A DNA stretch of 64,000 bases from an uncultured Collinsella sp. (lineage in GTDB: Bacteria; Actinomycetota; Coriobacteriia; Coriobacteriales; Coriobacteriaceae). Where the stretch lies: positions 5,903 to 69,902 of the forward strand of contig CALBOJ010000075.1 in assembly GCA_937896835.1 (NCBI GenBank). Direction: 5' to 3'. Position numbers and translations under genes: made by a program. Of the stretch, positions 19,622-27,650 are shown in pieces; the first letter of the stretch is position 1, and the number at the start of each line of letters is the position of its first letter. The notes under the pieces were generated by a model that had not been told where the DNA came from, searched no databases, and saw nothing but the letters and a program-made list of their open reading frames with translations.

Positions 19622-19797
19622 TTGTCGTCTCTCACTTATGGGATTTATTGATAGCCAGACTTGTCCTGAAGATATCGGTCGAGCATCGGAAGGCTTTCGC
19701 TGTTTTTCAGCTCACGAGTCTTGGTGTTTATTGATTGATGGAATGGGCTCGGGTTTTCCAACTTCTACTGTATTGATAAATTGAAAGGTCTGTAGTT

Positions 19798-20766
19798 ATG
19801 GCCACTTTACTTCAAGATAAATACGAGGCCCGCAAGGCTGAGGTCAACGAGCGGTTTGAGCAGCTTCGCGCTAACGAGGAAGAGCTCAACCGAATCTTTG
19901 CCAAGATCTACAACATGGAGGGCGAAGTGCCCATCGAGGTCGAGGATAAGTACGTTTCGGTGGCGCGCATCTTCGATACCGCCGACGAGATTCCCGAGAG
20001 CTATAAGGGCAACAAATACGTGCGTACCAAGCGCGACGAGATCAGCTCGCTCATAAGCTATGCCGTGGGCTGTATGTTTGGCCGCTATTCGCTGGATGTG
20101 GACGGGCTGGTCCTGGCCGATCAGGGCGCCACGGTCGACGACTATCTGGCAAAGATGCCCAACCCTGACCACGTGACCTTTATGCCCGATGGCGACAACG
20201 TGTTGCCCATTACCGATGACGAGTACTTTGACGACGACATCGTGCGCTATTTTATTGACTTTGTGCGTACCGTGTACGGCGAGGAGACGCTCGAGCAGAA
20301 CCTGGCCTTTATTGCCGAGGTGCTCGGCGGCAAGGGCACCTCGCGTGAGGTCATCCGCACCTACTTTTTGAAGGACTTCTTTAAGGACCACTGTCAGACC
20401 TACAAGAAGCGCCCTATCTACTGGCTGTTCGACAGCGGCAAAAAGAACGGCTTCAAGTGCCTTGTTTACATGCATCGCTATCAGCCCGACCTGTTGGCTC
20501 GCATCCGCACCGACTATGTGCATGAGCAGCAGGAGCGTTACCGTGCCCAGATCGGCTATGCCAACGATGCCCTTGCCAGTGCCGAGCGCGGCGAGCGCGT
20601 GCGCTTGGATAAGCGCGTGAAAAAGCTCAATGACCAGCTCAAAGAGACCATTGGCTACGAGGAGAAGCTGCACCACTTGGCAGACCAGATGATTAAGATC
20701 GACCTGGATGATGGCGTTAAGGTCAACTACGCCAAGTTTCAGGATGTGCTGGCAAAGATTAAGTAA
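19798..20766 (+). CDS. pglX: PglX C-terminal fragment (322 aa)
   Basis: Contains RFEQLRANEEELNRIF, typical of the PglX/type IIG C-terminal region. It has its own ATG with GAAAGG 9 nt upstream, and an in-frame stop at 19777. Same reading frame as the N fragment. Confidence 0.85.
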   Translation: MATLLQDKYEARKAEVNERFEQLRANEEELNRIFAKIYNMEGEVPIEVEDKYVSVARIFDTADEIPESYKGNKYVRTKRDEISSLISYAVGCMFGRYSLDVDGLVLADQGATVDDYLAKMPNPDHVTFMPDGDNVLPITDDEYFDDDIVRYFIDFVRTVYGEETLEQNLAFIAEVLGGKGTSREVIRTYFLKDFFKDHCQTYKKRPIYWLFDSGKKNGFKCLVYMHRYQPDLLARIRTDYVHEQQERYRAQIGYANDALASAERGERVRLDKRVKKLNDQLKETIGYEEKLHHLADQMIKIDLDDGVKVNYAKFQDVLAKIK

Positions 20767-20789
20767 CTGCAAATACGGTAAGGATATTC

Positions 20790-23498
20790 ATGCCCAAGAT
20801 CGATGTAGAAGAACAGCTCAAGCTGCGTTTTTTGCAGCCGTTGTCCCCATGCGCGCCGCGCCGTGTTGTGGTTTGGCACGATGCGGACGGTGAGTTTGCT
20901 CCTGAGTTTGAGCGATTGGCCGCCGAGGGTTTCGACGGCGCGGGGGCCGATGATGGCGTTATGCCCGCCCACGGTGACTTTGAGCGCCCGGTGCGGTTTG
21001 TTGAAGCCTGCGAGGGCCGCATGTTTGCCGTTAAGAAGCTCATCAACCGCGATGACCTTGCGAACGATATCTTGTTGTATCGCCGTTGCCCGCGCGGCAG
21101 GCTTGAGGGTGATTGGCTTGCCGATGTTGAGCTGTATGCCGATCAGTTCCAGGCTGACTATCTTTCGCTTTTGGCCGATCAGCTGGGTATCGAGAATGTC
21201 GACGCCGTGCGTGAGAGTCTGCGCGAGCACAAGACGTTCTTTGATGCCAAGACCCGCTGCGCTAAGTTTGCCGCGTGTGTTCCGCATGCCGCGGGCGTAT
21301 CCGATATCGAGCTTGGAATCCTTACGGTGATCTTTGGCGGCAAGGAGCCGGGCGACGCGCGGCCCGCGTTTGTGCTGCGCGGCTGCATGGCCACACTGCT
21401 GCACGAGGGCCCCGAGGCGCTGGCTGCGCTGGTGGATAAGTACAGCTTGCGCGACGTCCTCTCTGCCTTTATGCTGCGCTGCTATGGGTTTGATGGGCCG
21501 CTGTACGAGCGCGACTCACTGCTTATGCTTGCATCCCATGTGCTCCTTACGGCGGCATCCACCGCGCTTCCCGAGGGGGCGCTCAAGGGACTCGAAAGCT
21601 ATGTGGCTCCCGCCTACGGCCCCTATTGTCTTGAGGCGGTGCGTACGTGGGACCAGGCCGCCGATGCCCAGGCATCGAGCGAGGACCTATTTGAGATCTG
21701 CCGTTTGGTAGAGGATGCCCGTGGACTCTTTGCGCGGTTCGAGACCCTGCCAATCGATGCGTTGGTCTCGCTTGACGTGTTCCCGTGCGTCAACGAGGCT
21801 GTGCTCTCACAGTTGTTCAGCTCGTTTGCTCAGGGCGCGGACCGTGTTGAGAGTGCGCGCGCATTTGCTGCGCGCCGTTGCGACCTAAGCTGGTACCGTC
21901 GTGTTGAGAGCTACTTTGACCTACTTGCTGCCGTGGCCGATATGTGCTCTTTTAGGCAGACACACGCGGGTGGGTTCCATCTGGCGCAACCCCAGCAGGT
22001 GTGGGATGCCTACACGTCCGATTGGTATGCCATGGACGCTGCCTATCGCCACATGTGCACCGCGTATCTGCGGGTGCGCTCCGTCGAGTGCGATGCGCTC
22101 GAGGAACCTGCCCGCGCTGTGGCGGACTGGGCGGAGAATCTCTACAGTAACTGGTTCTTGGCGGATGCCAATGCCTGCTGGGCGGTCGCTGCGCAAGGGG
22201 AGTGGGCCGATTGCGGCTACATCGATGGCCCTGCACGGCAGGATGAGTTCTACTGGCATGTGCTGCCCACCTTTGTGGGCTCTGCCAAGACGACGGTCGT
22301 TATCGTAAGCGACGCGCTGCGCTATGAGGTGGCCCGTGATGTCGCGGCGCTTCTCGAGCGCGAGCGCGGCGGCAACGTCAGGGTTTCTAGCATGCAGGCG
22401 GTCTTTCCCTCCATCACCGAGGTGGGCATGCCCGCGCTGCTGCCGCACCAAGCGCTTGAACTTGCAGCGGATGGCTCGCTTGTGTTGGCTGACGGCATGC
22501 CCACCGCAACGACTCCGCAGCGCGAGGCCGTGCTTGCCCACGTTGAGTCTACGGCCCGCGCTTTGCGCTCGAGCGCATACCTCAACATGGCGGGAACCGA
22601 GCGCAAGGCGCTGCTCAAGGACTCCAAGCTCGTTTATCTCTACCACAACAAGATCGATGCTACGGGCGAGAAGGCCGCTACGCAGGATGACATCTTCGAT
22701 GCCTGTGCGGACACCGTGGAGGAACTTGCTGCGTTGGCGCGTCGCGTGTGCACCGACGCCCCGGGCGCGCGTGTTGTTATAACGGCGGACCACGGCTTTA
22801 TCTACACGCGTCGGGAGCTCAGCGAGTGCCAGATGCTCGGCAAGCCGGACCTTCCCGTCCTTGACGCTCCCGTCATGTACGGCAAACGTCATCTGGTGGC
22901 GCCCAACGAGGCCGTGGGCGAGCTTTCGTACGAGGTGCGTGGGGTGTTTGTTAATGTTAACATGGGACGTTTGGGTGCCGGTTTTGAGGGGTTTGCCCCG
23001 CGCGAGAACGTGCACTTCAAGCGTCCCGGCGGCACTAACAACTACGTCCACGGCGGCATGAGCCTGCAGGAGCTCTGCGTGCCCGTTATCGGTTTTTGGC
23101 GTGCGCGCTCGGGTTCCAAGGACTTTGTCGACACGCGCGCGGCGACGCTGCGCGTGCTAAGCGAGGGACGCCGAGTGACCAACTCGCTCTTCTCGGTCAA
23201 CTTGATCCAGGAAGAGCCTGCCCAAGGTAAGGTCTTGCCGTGCGAGTACGAGCTGGTGTTTACCGATGCAAGTGGCAACGAGGTGAGCGATACGGTCAAG
23301 GCGCATGCCAACAAGACTTCTGTTAACTCGCAGGAGCGCGTGGTGCATGCCAAGTTTGCGTTGCATGCAGCGGATGGATTCTCGGCCAAGGGTCCGTACT
23401 ATCTGGTCTGCCGCGAGCGCGAGACGGGCAAGATTGTTTGGCGCGAGACGTACACCATCGCTGTTTCGTTTGCCCCTGTTGCTGACTTTGGTTTTTAG
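20790..23498 (+). CDS. pglZ: BREX alkaline-phosphatase-superfamily protein PglZ
   Basis: 902 aa. The N-terminal RRVVVWHDADGEF and the central ITADHGF metal-site-like motif fit PglZ. Position after pglX. Confidence 0.9.
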   Translation: MPKIDVEEQLKLRFLQPLSPCAPRRVVVWHDADGEFAPEFERLAAEGFDGAGADDGVMPAHGDFERPVRFVEACEGRMFAVKKLINRDDLANDILLYRRCPRGRLEGDWLADVELYADQFQADYLSLLADQLGIENVDAVRESLREHKTFFDAKTRCAKFAACVPHAAGVSDIELGILTVIFGGKEPGDARPAFVLRGCMATLLHEGPEALAALVDKYSLRDVLSAFMLRCYGFDGPLYERDSLLMLASHVLLTAASTALPEGALKGLESYVAPAYGPYCLEAVRTWDQAADAQASSEDLFEICRLVEDARGLFARFETLPIDALVSLDVFPCVNEAVLSQLFSSFAQGADRVESARAFAARRCDLSWYRRVESYFDLLAAVADMCSFRQTHAGGFHLAQPQQVWDAYTSDWYAMDAAYRHMCTAYLRVRSVECDALEEPARAVADWAENLYSNWFLADANACWAVAAQGEWADCGYIDGPARQDEFYWHVLPTFVGSAKTTVVIVSDALRYEVARDVAALLERERGGNVRVSSMQAVFPSITEVGMPALLPHQALELAADGSLVLADGMPTATTPQREAVLAHVESTARALRSSAYLNMAGTERKALLKDSKLVYLYHNKIDATGEKAATQDDIFDACADTVEELAALARRVCTDAPGARVVITADHGFIYTRRELSECQMLGKPDLPVLDAPVMYGKRHLVAPNEAVGELSYEVRGVFVNVNMGRLGAGFEGFAPRENVHFKRPGGTNNYVHGGMSLQELCVPVIGFWRARSGSKDFVDTRAATLRVLSEGRRVTNSLFSVNLIQEEPAQGKVLPCEYELVFTDASGNEVSDTVKAHANKTSVNSQERVVHAKFALHAADGFSAKGPYYLVCRERETGKIVWRETYTIAVSFAPVADFGF

Positions 23499-23509
23499 GA
23501 GTGTGCCCT

Positions 23510-25849
23510 ATGTTTGATAGCCATGATGACGATCTGTGGGAAGTTCCCTCGATTGATGTGAATGTGCCGGTGGAGACTGTGCCCGCGGTGGAGGCTGTGC
23601 CCGCTGAGGCCGTGGCGCCCGACGAGGAGGCTGCGCCCGCCGATGCCGTGGCGCCCACCGATGACGAGCTTTCGACCGATGACTATGCCCAAACCGTGGC
23701 CGACGCTCCCGAGGACGACGGTTACGACATGGATGGACTGGACGGCAAGCTGCTCGAGCACTTTGGTGGCAAAATCGTGCGCAAGGACCTGACGGCCCTT
23801 ATGAAGCGCGGCGCCAACGTGCCCACCTTTGTGCTGGAGTACCTGCTGGGCATGTACTGCTCAACCGACGACGAGGATGCCGTGGCGGAGGGCCTGGAGC
23901 GCATCCGCAAGATTCTCACCGATAACTATGTGCGCCCCGACGAGTCCGAGCGCATTAAGTCCAAGATTCGCGAGCTGGGTCGCTTTACCATCATCGATAA
24001 GGTGACGGCCAAGCTCGACGAATACAAAGACATCTACGTGGCGTCGTTTGCCAATCTGACCATTGAGCCGTTTGTGATGCCGGCCGAGTACGTGCGCGAC
24101 TATTCCAAGATTCTGCAGGGCGGTATTTGGTGCATCATGAGCATCGAGTATCGTCATCCCATGGAAGAGGAAGACGAGTTTGGCATGGAGGTCTTTGGCG
24201 ATGATGCGCCGCGCCGCTCCAAGGCCAAGCGCAAAAAGCGCGGACCCGAGGACTCTCCGTTTAGCGTGGCGTCGCTCACGCCCATTCAGATGCCCAACCT
24301 GGACCTGGATGCCATGATCGACGAGCGCCAGTATTTCTCGCGCGACGAGTGGCTCAACATGCTGTTGCGCTCTGCCGGCTATGAGCCCAGCGAGCTTTCG
24401 GAGAAGGAGCGCCTGCATTTTATCGAGCGTATGGTGCCGCTGATCGAGCGCAACTACAATCTGTGCGAGCTTGGTCCCCGTGGCACCGGCAAGAGCCATA
24501 TCTACAAAGAGGTTTCGCCCTACGCCATTTTGCTTTCGGGCGGGCAGACCACCACGGCCAACCTGTTCGGCCGCATGAACTCCATGCGCGCCGATCGCGT
24601 GGGCTTGGTGGGTCACTGGGATTGCGTGACGTTCGACGAGGTCGCCGGCATGCGCTTTAAGGACACCAATGCCGTGCAGATCATGAAGGACTATATGGCG
24701 AGTGGCAGCTATGCGCGTGGCCGCGACCAGATCAATGCCGATGCCTCCATGGTCTTTGAGGGCAACATCAACGACACCGTGCAAAATGTCCTTAAGACCA
24801 CGCACCTGTTTGATCCGTTCCCGCCGGAGTTTAACAACGATTCGGCCTTCTTCGACCGTATCCACTATTACCTGCCGGGTTGGGAGATTCCCAAGATGCG
24901 CTCGAGCCTGCTGACCGGGCATTATGGCCTGATCACCGACTGCCTGTCGGAGTTTTGCAAAGAGATGCGCCGCAAGGACTTTACGCACCATATCGACCGT
25001 TACTTCCGCTTTAACAGCGACTTCAACAAGCGCGACGAAATCGCCGTGCGCAAGACCTTTAGCGGCCTCGCCAAGCTGCTGTTCCCCGACGAGGCCATGG
25101 ACAAGGATGACGTGCGCTGGCTGCTGGACTACGCCATCGAGGGCCGTCGCCGCGTAAAGGAGCAGCTCAAGATTATGGCGGGCGTCGAGTTTATCGACGT
25201 CAACCTGGGCTATATGGATGCCGACAATCCGCAGGACGTGCACGTGGTGCGCGTGCCGGAGCAGTCCGAGGATACGTTGATTCCCGATGGCCCGCTGCTG
25301 TCCGGTCACGTGTTTGGCGTGGGTAGGTCGCAGGGCGGCGAGGTTGCCGTGTACAAGCTGGAGAACAAGGCTGTCGCCGGCGAGTGCAAGTTTAAGCACG
25401 AGGGCGTTGCCTTTAACAAGCCGGTGCGCGATACGCTGGAGGCCGCGTTCGACAACTTTGTGAACCTGGCGAACCGTGTGGCGCCGGGCATGCACATTGG
25501 CTCAAAGGACTACCTGCTGTTCTATAACGACCTGCAGAGCAAGGGTCTGTCCGAAGAAGTCTCGCTTGCCGAGTTTGTGGGCCTGTGCTCCGCGGCGTGC
25601 AACCGCCCGGTAATGTCCGCGCTGGCGGTTCCGGGAATCTTGCGCATGTCGGGCTCTATGGACGAGATTCGCGGGCTCGAGGACATTATGCGCGTGGCCA
25701 AAAACGCCGGCGCCAAGCGCGTGATATTGCCGCTGAGCGCCATCGCGGGCCTGCAGAGCGTTTCCTCCGAGATTATCTCGGGGTTGAGCCCGGCGTTCTA
25801 CATGGATGGCGACCCGGTCGATGCCGCGAAGAAGGCGTTGGATCTGTAG
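23510..25849 (+). CDS. brxL: BREX Lon-like protease/ATPase BrxL
   Basis: Walker A ELGPRGTGKSH and a C-terminal Lon-protease-like region. ATG at 23510, 8 nt after AGGAG. Acidic Pro/Ala-rich N-terminal extension. Confidence 0.9.
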   Translation: MFDSHDDDLWEVPSIDVNVPVETVPAVEAVPAEAVAPDEEAAPADAVAPTDDELSTDDYAQTVADAPEDDGYDMDGLDGKLLEHFGGKIVRKDLTALMKRGANVPTFVLEYLLGMYCSTDDEDAVAEGLERIRKILTDNYVRPDESERIKSKIRELGRFTIIDKVTAKLDEYKDIYVASFANLTIEPFVMPAEYVRDYSKILQGGIWCIMSIEYRHPMEEEDEFGMEVFGDDAPRRSKAKRKKRGPEDSPFSVASLTPIQMPNLDLDAMIDERQYFSRDEWLNMLLRSAGYEPSELSEKERLHFIERMVPLIERNYNLCELGPRGTGKSHIYKEVSPYAILLSGGQTTTANLFGRMNSMRADRVGLVGHWDCVTFDEVAGMRFKDTNAVQIMKDYMASGSYARGRDQINADASMVFEGNINDTVQNVLKTTHLFDPFPPEFNNDSAFFDRIHYYLPGWEIPKMRSSLLTGHYGLITDCLSEFCKEMRRKDFTHHIDRYFRFNSDFNKRDEIAVRKTFSGLAKLLFPDEAMDKDDVRWLLDYAIEGRRRVKEQLKIMAGVEFIDVNLGYMDADNPQDVHVVRVPEQSEDTLIPDGPLLSGHVFGVGRSQGGEVAVYKLENKAVAGECKFKHEGVAFNKPVRDTLEAAFDNFVNLANRVAPGMHIGSKDYLLFYNDLQSKGLSEEVSLAEFVGLCSAACNRPVMSALAVPGILRMSGSMDEIRGLEDIMRVAKNAGAKRVILPLSAIAGLQSVSSEIISGLSPAFYMDGDPVDAAKKALDL

Positions 25850-25927
25850 GGGTGCGAGCGTGCGGGGCGTCCGGTGCTCGGGCGTTCCGCGAACATGTTG
25901 GTGCGTAGTGCGTGAGGAGGCCTTGCC

Positions 25928-27280
25928 ATGGCGGACGAGCGTTCTGTTGGTGAGCTGCTCGACGAGCTGTTTGGCTTTGAGTCGGTGGCCAAGCGTCAGA
26001 CGGCGCTTGAGCAGTACAATCGCGGGGAGCTGGTGCGCAAGGCGCGCTCCCGCGAGCTGCTGGGCGTGATCGAGGGCGTTGAGACTGCCGAGCGCGCTGC
26101 ACGCGAGTCTGCCGTGCAGGCCGTCGACAGATATGTACGCCGCGTTGAGGCCGAGTCGCTTGCGCGCGCTCGCAGGCAGGTGGGCGTTGTTGGTCCGTTG
26201 CAGATGGAGCGGCGCTACGCTGCCTTTTTGCGCATGGAGGACAAGGCCGAGCTGTTGGCCCGCTTGGAGCAGACGCTTGCGTTTATCGAGGTAAAGTTGC
26301 GTGCCAATACGGCGGACAGGGTTCGTGCGGCATACGATGCTGCGGGGGCTTTGGTGTTGCAGGGCGCGGCGCGTCTGAGTGACGTGCGCGTTGTGGATGC
26401 CGCACCCTTGGATGCCGATCTGCTATGCACGCAGCTGGAGCAGCTGCGTTGCGCCGCCGATACAACGGACCTTGCCGGCATGATCACAGCGACGTTTGAG
26501 TCCGAGCTGAGTGCGACCGGCCCGCAGGGTGCTGACGCGTTTGCGAGTGATTTGGCTGGCGATGTGGCGCTGGAGTGCGAGCTTACTAATGTGCGCGGCG
26601 CTGCGCAGCGAGCGCGCTTGGCAGCCCAAGCGTATCGGGCCGAACGCGCTGCCCGCGTTGCAGGGAGCACGGTGGAGCCGGTATCGTTGCCGGGGCTTGT
26701 TTGCATTACGTGCGAGACGGGGTGCGATGCCGGGGAGCTTGCCGAGTTGCTCGCTCAGGTTAAGAAGTCGTTTGAGGCCTATAGGCGCGTTGTTACCGAC
26801 GGCGGGTTGTTCTGTGCCTTTGGTGCCGGTTCGCCGCATGGGATTTGCCGCGGCAGTAGCTATTTCGACTACGATGATCGGTTTGACGAAGACGTGTTGG
26901 TGGGCGAGTATGACGGTGCTACCAGGCACAATGTTCGGCGCGAAGTTGCGATTCCCGAGCTTGTGGACGAGGCTTCGGCCGACGGCGGCAACTCGCTCGA
27001 GGTTGCCGTGGCGCGCATGCGTGAGTTTAACGGACGGCGCTACGATGGTGTGCTGGACGAGGATCCCGCGCGCCATGTGAATGCGTTTTGGTATGGACTC
27101 AAAAAGCTCAGCCAGTATTGCGAGGCCGCCGTGCGTGTGGACGAGCGTGCTTGGGATTGCTTTATCGATAAGGTGCAGTTTGCCTACGACGAGCCCGTGG
27201 GGCGTTTGGCCACACAGATGGATGACAAGCAGGTTGCGGCTTTTGTTGCCGCCGTGAATGTGCTCGGCGCTGCCGAGTAG
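25928..27280 (+). CDS. Hypothetical protein (450 aa): Ala/Arg/Glu-rich helical N-half, Cys-containing C-half
   Basis: ATG with GAGGAGG 7 nt upstream, 79 nt after the brxL stop. High-GC codon usage like the host. Cys cluster CITCETGC. No family recognised. Confidence 0.6.
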   Translation: MADERSVGELLDELFGFESVAKRQTALEQYNRGELVRKARSRELLGVIEGVETAERAARESAVQAVDRYVRRVEAESLARARRQVGVVGPLQMERRYAAFLRMEDKAELLARLEQTLAFIEVKLRANTADRVRAAYDAAGALVLQGAARLSDVRVVDAAPLDADLLCTQLEQLRCAADTTDLAGMITATFESELSATGPQGADAFASDLAGDVALECELTNVRGAAQRARLAAQAYRAERAARVAGSTVEPVSLPGLVCITCETGCDAGELAELLAQVKKSFEAYRRVVTDGGLFCAFGAGSPHGICRGSSYFDYDDRFDEDVLVGEYDGATRHNVRREVAIPELVDEASADGGNSLEVAVARMREFNGRRYDGVLDEDPARHVNAFWYGLKKLSQYCEAAVRVDERAWDCFIDKVQFAYDEPVGRLATQMDDKQVAAFVAAVNVLGAAE

Positions 27281-27307
27281 GTGCCTGATCCGGTAAGGGG
27301 TTTCACC

Positions 27308-27499
27308 ATGAAGATCGATGTTGATGTTGACCAGCTGCGCGAGGGTTTGCTCGACCGTGCGGGGAGTGCAGCCGGCGTGGGCTTTCCGGCTGCCATGCTC
27401 GACGTGGTAGATATCGAGGACGAGTCGCCCCAAGAGCTGCTGGCACGAGCCGAGCGCGAAGGCCTCGATCTCCGCGACTTTGCCGTCGATGACGATTAG
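27308..27499 (+). CDS. Small, highly acidic hypothetical protein (63 aa)
   Basis: ATG with AAGGGG 7 nt upstream, 28 nt after the preceding stop. MKIDVDVDQLREGLLDR...DLRDFAVDDD. About one third of residues are Asp or Glu. Confidence 0.5.
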   Translation: MKIDVDVDQLREGLLDRAGSAAGVGFPAAMLDVVDIEDESPQELLARAEREGLDLRDFAVDDD

Positions 27500-27502
27500 C
27501 AA

Positions 27503-27531
27503 TGTGACAAAGGGACAGTCCCTTTGTTACA
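27503..27531 (+). terminator. Hairpin after the last BREX-operon gene (variant of family A)
   Basis: tgtgacaaaggga cag tccctttgttaca. No clear T-run follows. Confidence 0.45.
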
Positions 27532-27564
27532 TGGGGGACTGAGGCGACTTTCCGCATACGCATG

Positions 27565-27594
27565 AAAATGCCGGGGGACATCCCCCGGCTCTTG
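27565..27594 (-). terminator. GC-stem hairpin terminator downstream of the DUF3800 gene (direct-repeat copy 1)
   Basis: aaaatgccgggggacatcccccggctcttg. On the minus strand the stem gccggggg/cccccggc is followed by ATTTT. Confidence 0.7.
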
Positions 27595-27650
27595 GAGGTC
27601 CCTCTATTCGAGGGTACCGGAATCTATATAGCAGAAGCCGCGTGCCGGGT

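Noticed and set aside
19528-19734. 68-aa plus-strand ORF overlapping the end of the three-TM gene
   Set aside because: It overlaps the better-supported 196-aa ORF in another frame, has no RBS and has an implausible composition.
18802-19797. The pglX interruption as an intein, a group I/II intron or an IS element
   Set aside because: The N fragment ends in a stop codon and the insert has many stops in frame, so it is not an intein. No reverse transcriptase, maturase, homing endonuclease or transposase ORF is present. I could find no terminal inverted or direct repeats at the boundaries.
19807-20772. 321-aa minus-strand ORF exactly mirroring the PglX C fragment
   Set aside because: The plus-strand frame carries the conserved PglX C-terminal sequence (QLRANEEELNRIF). 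The antisense translation is low-complexity Leu/Val/Gly/His-rich.
23861-25495. 544-aa minus-strand ORF inside brxL
   Set aside because: It is a shadow ORF opposite a frame with a Walker A motif and Lon-like sequence.
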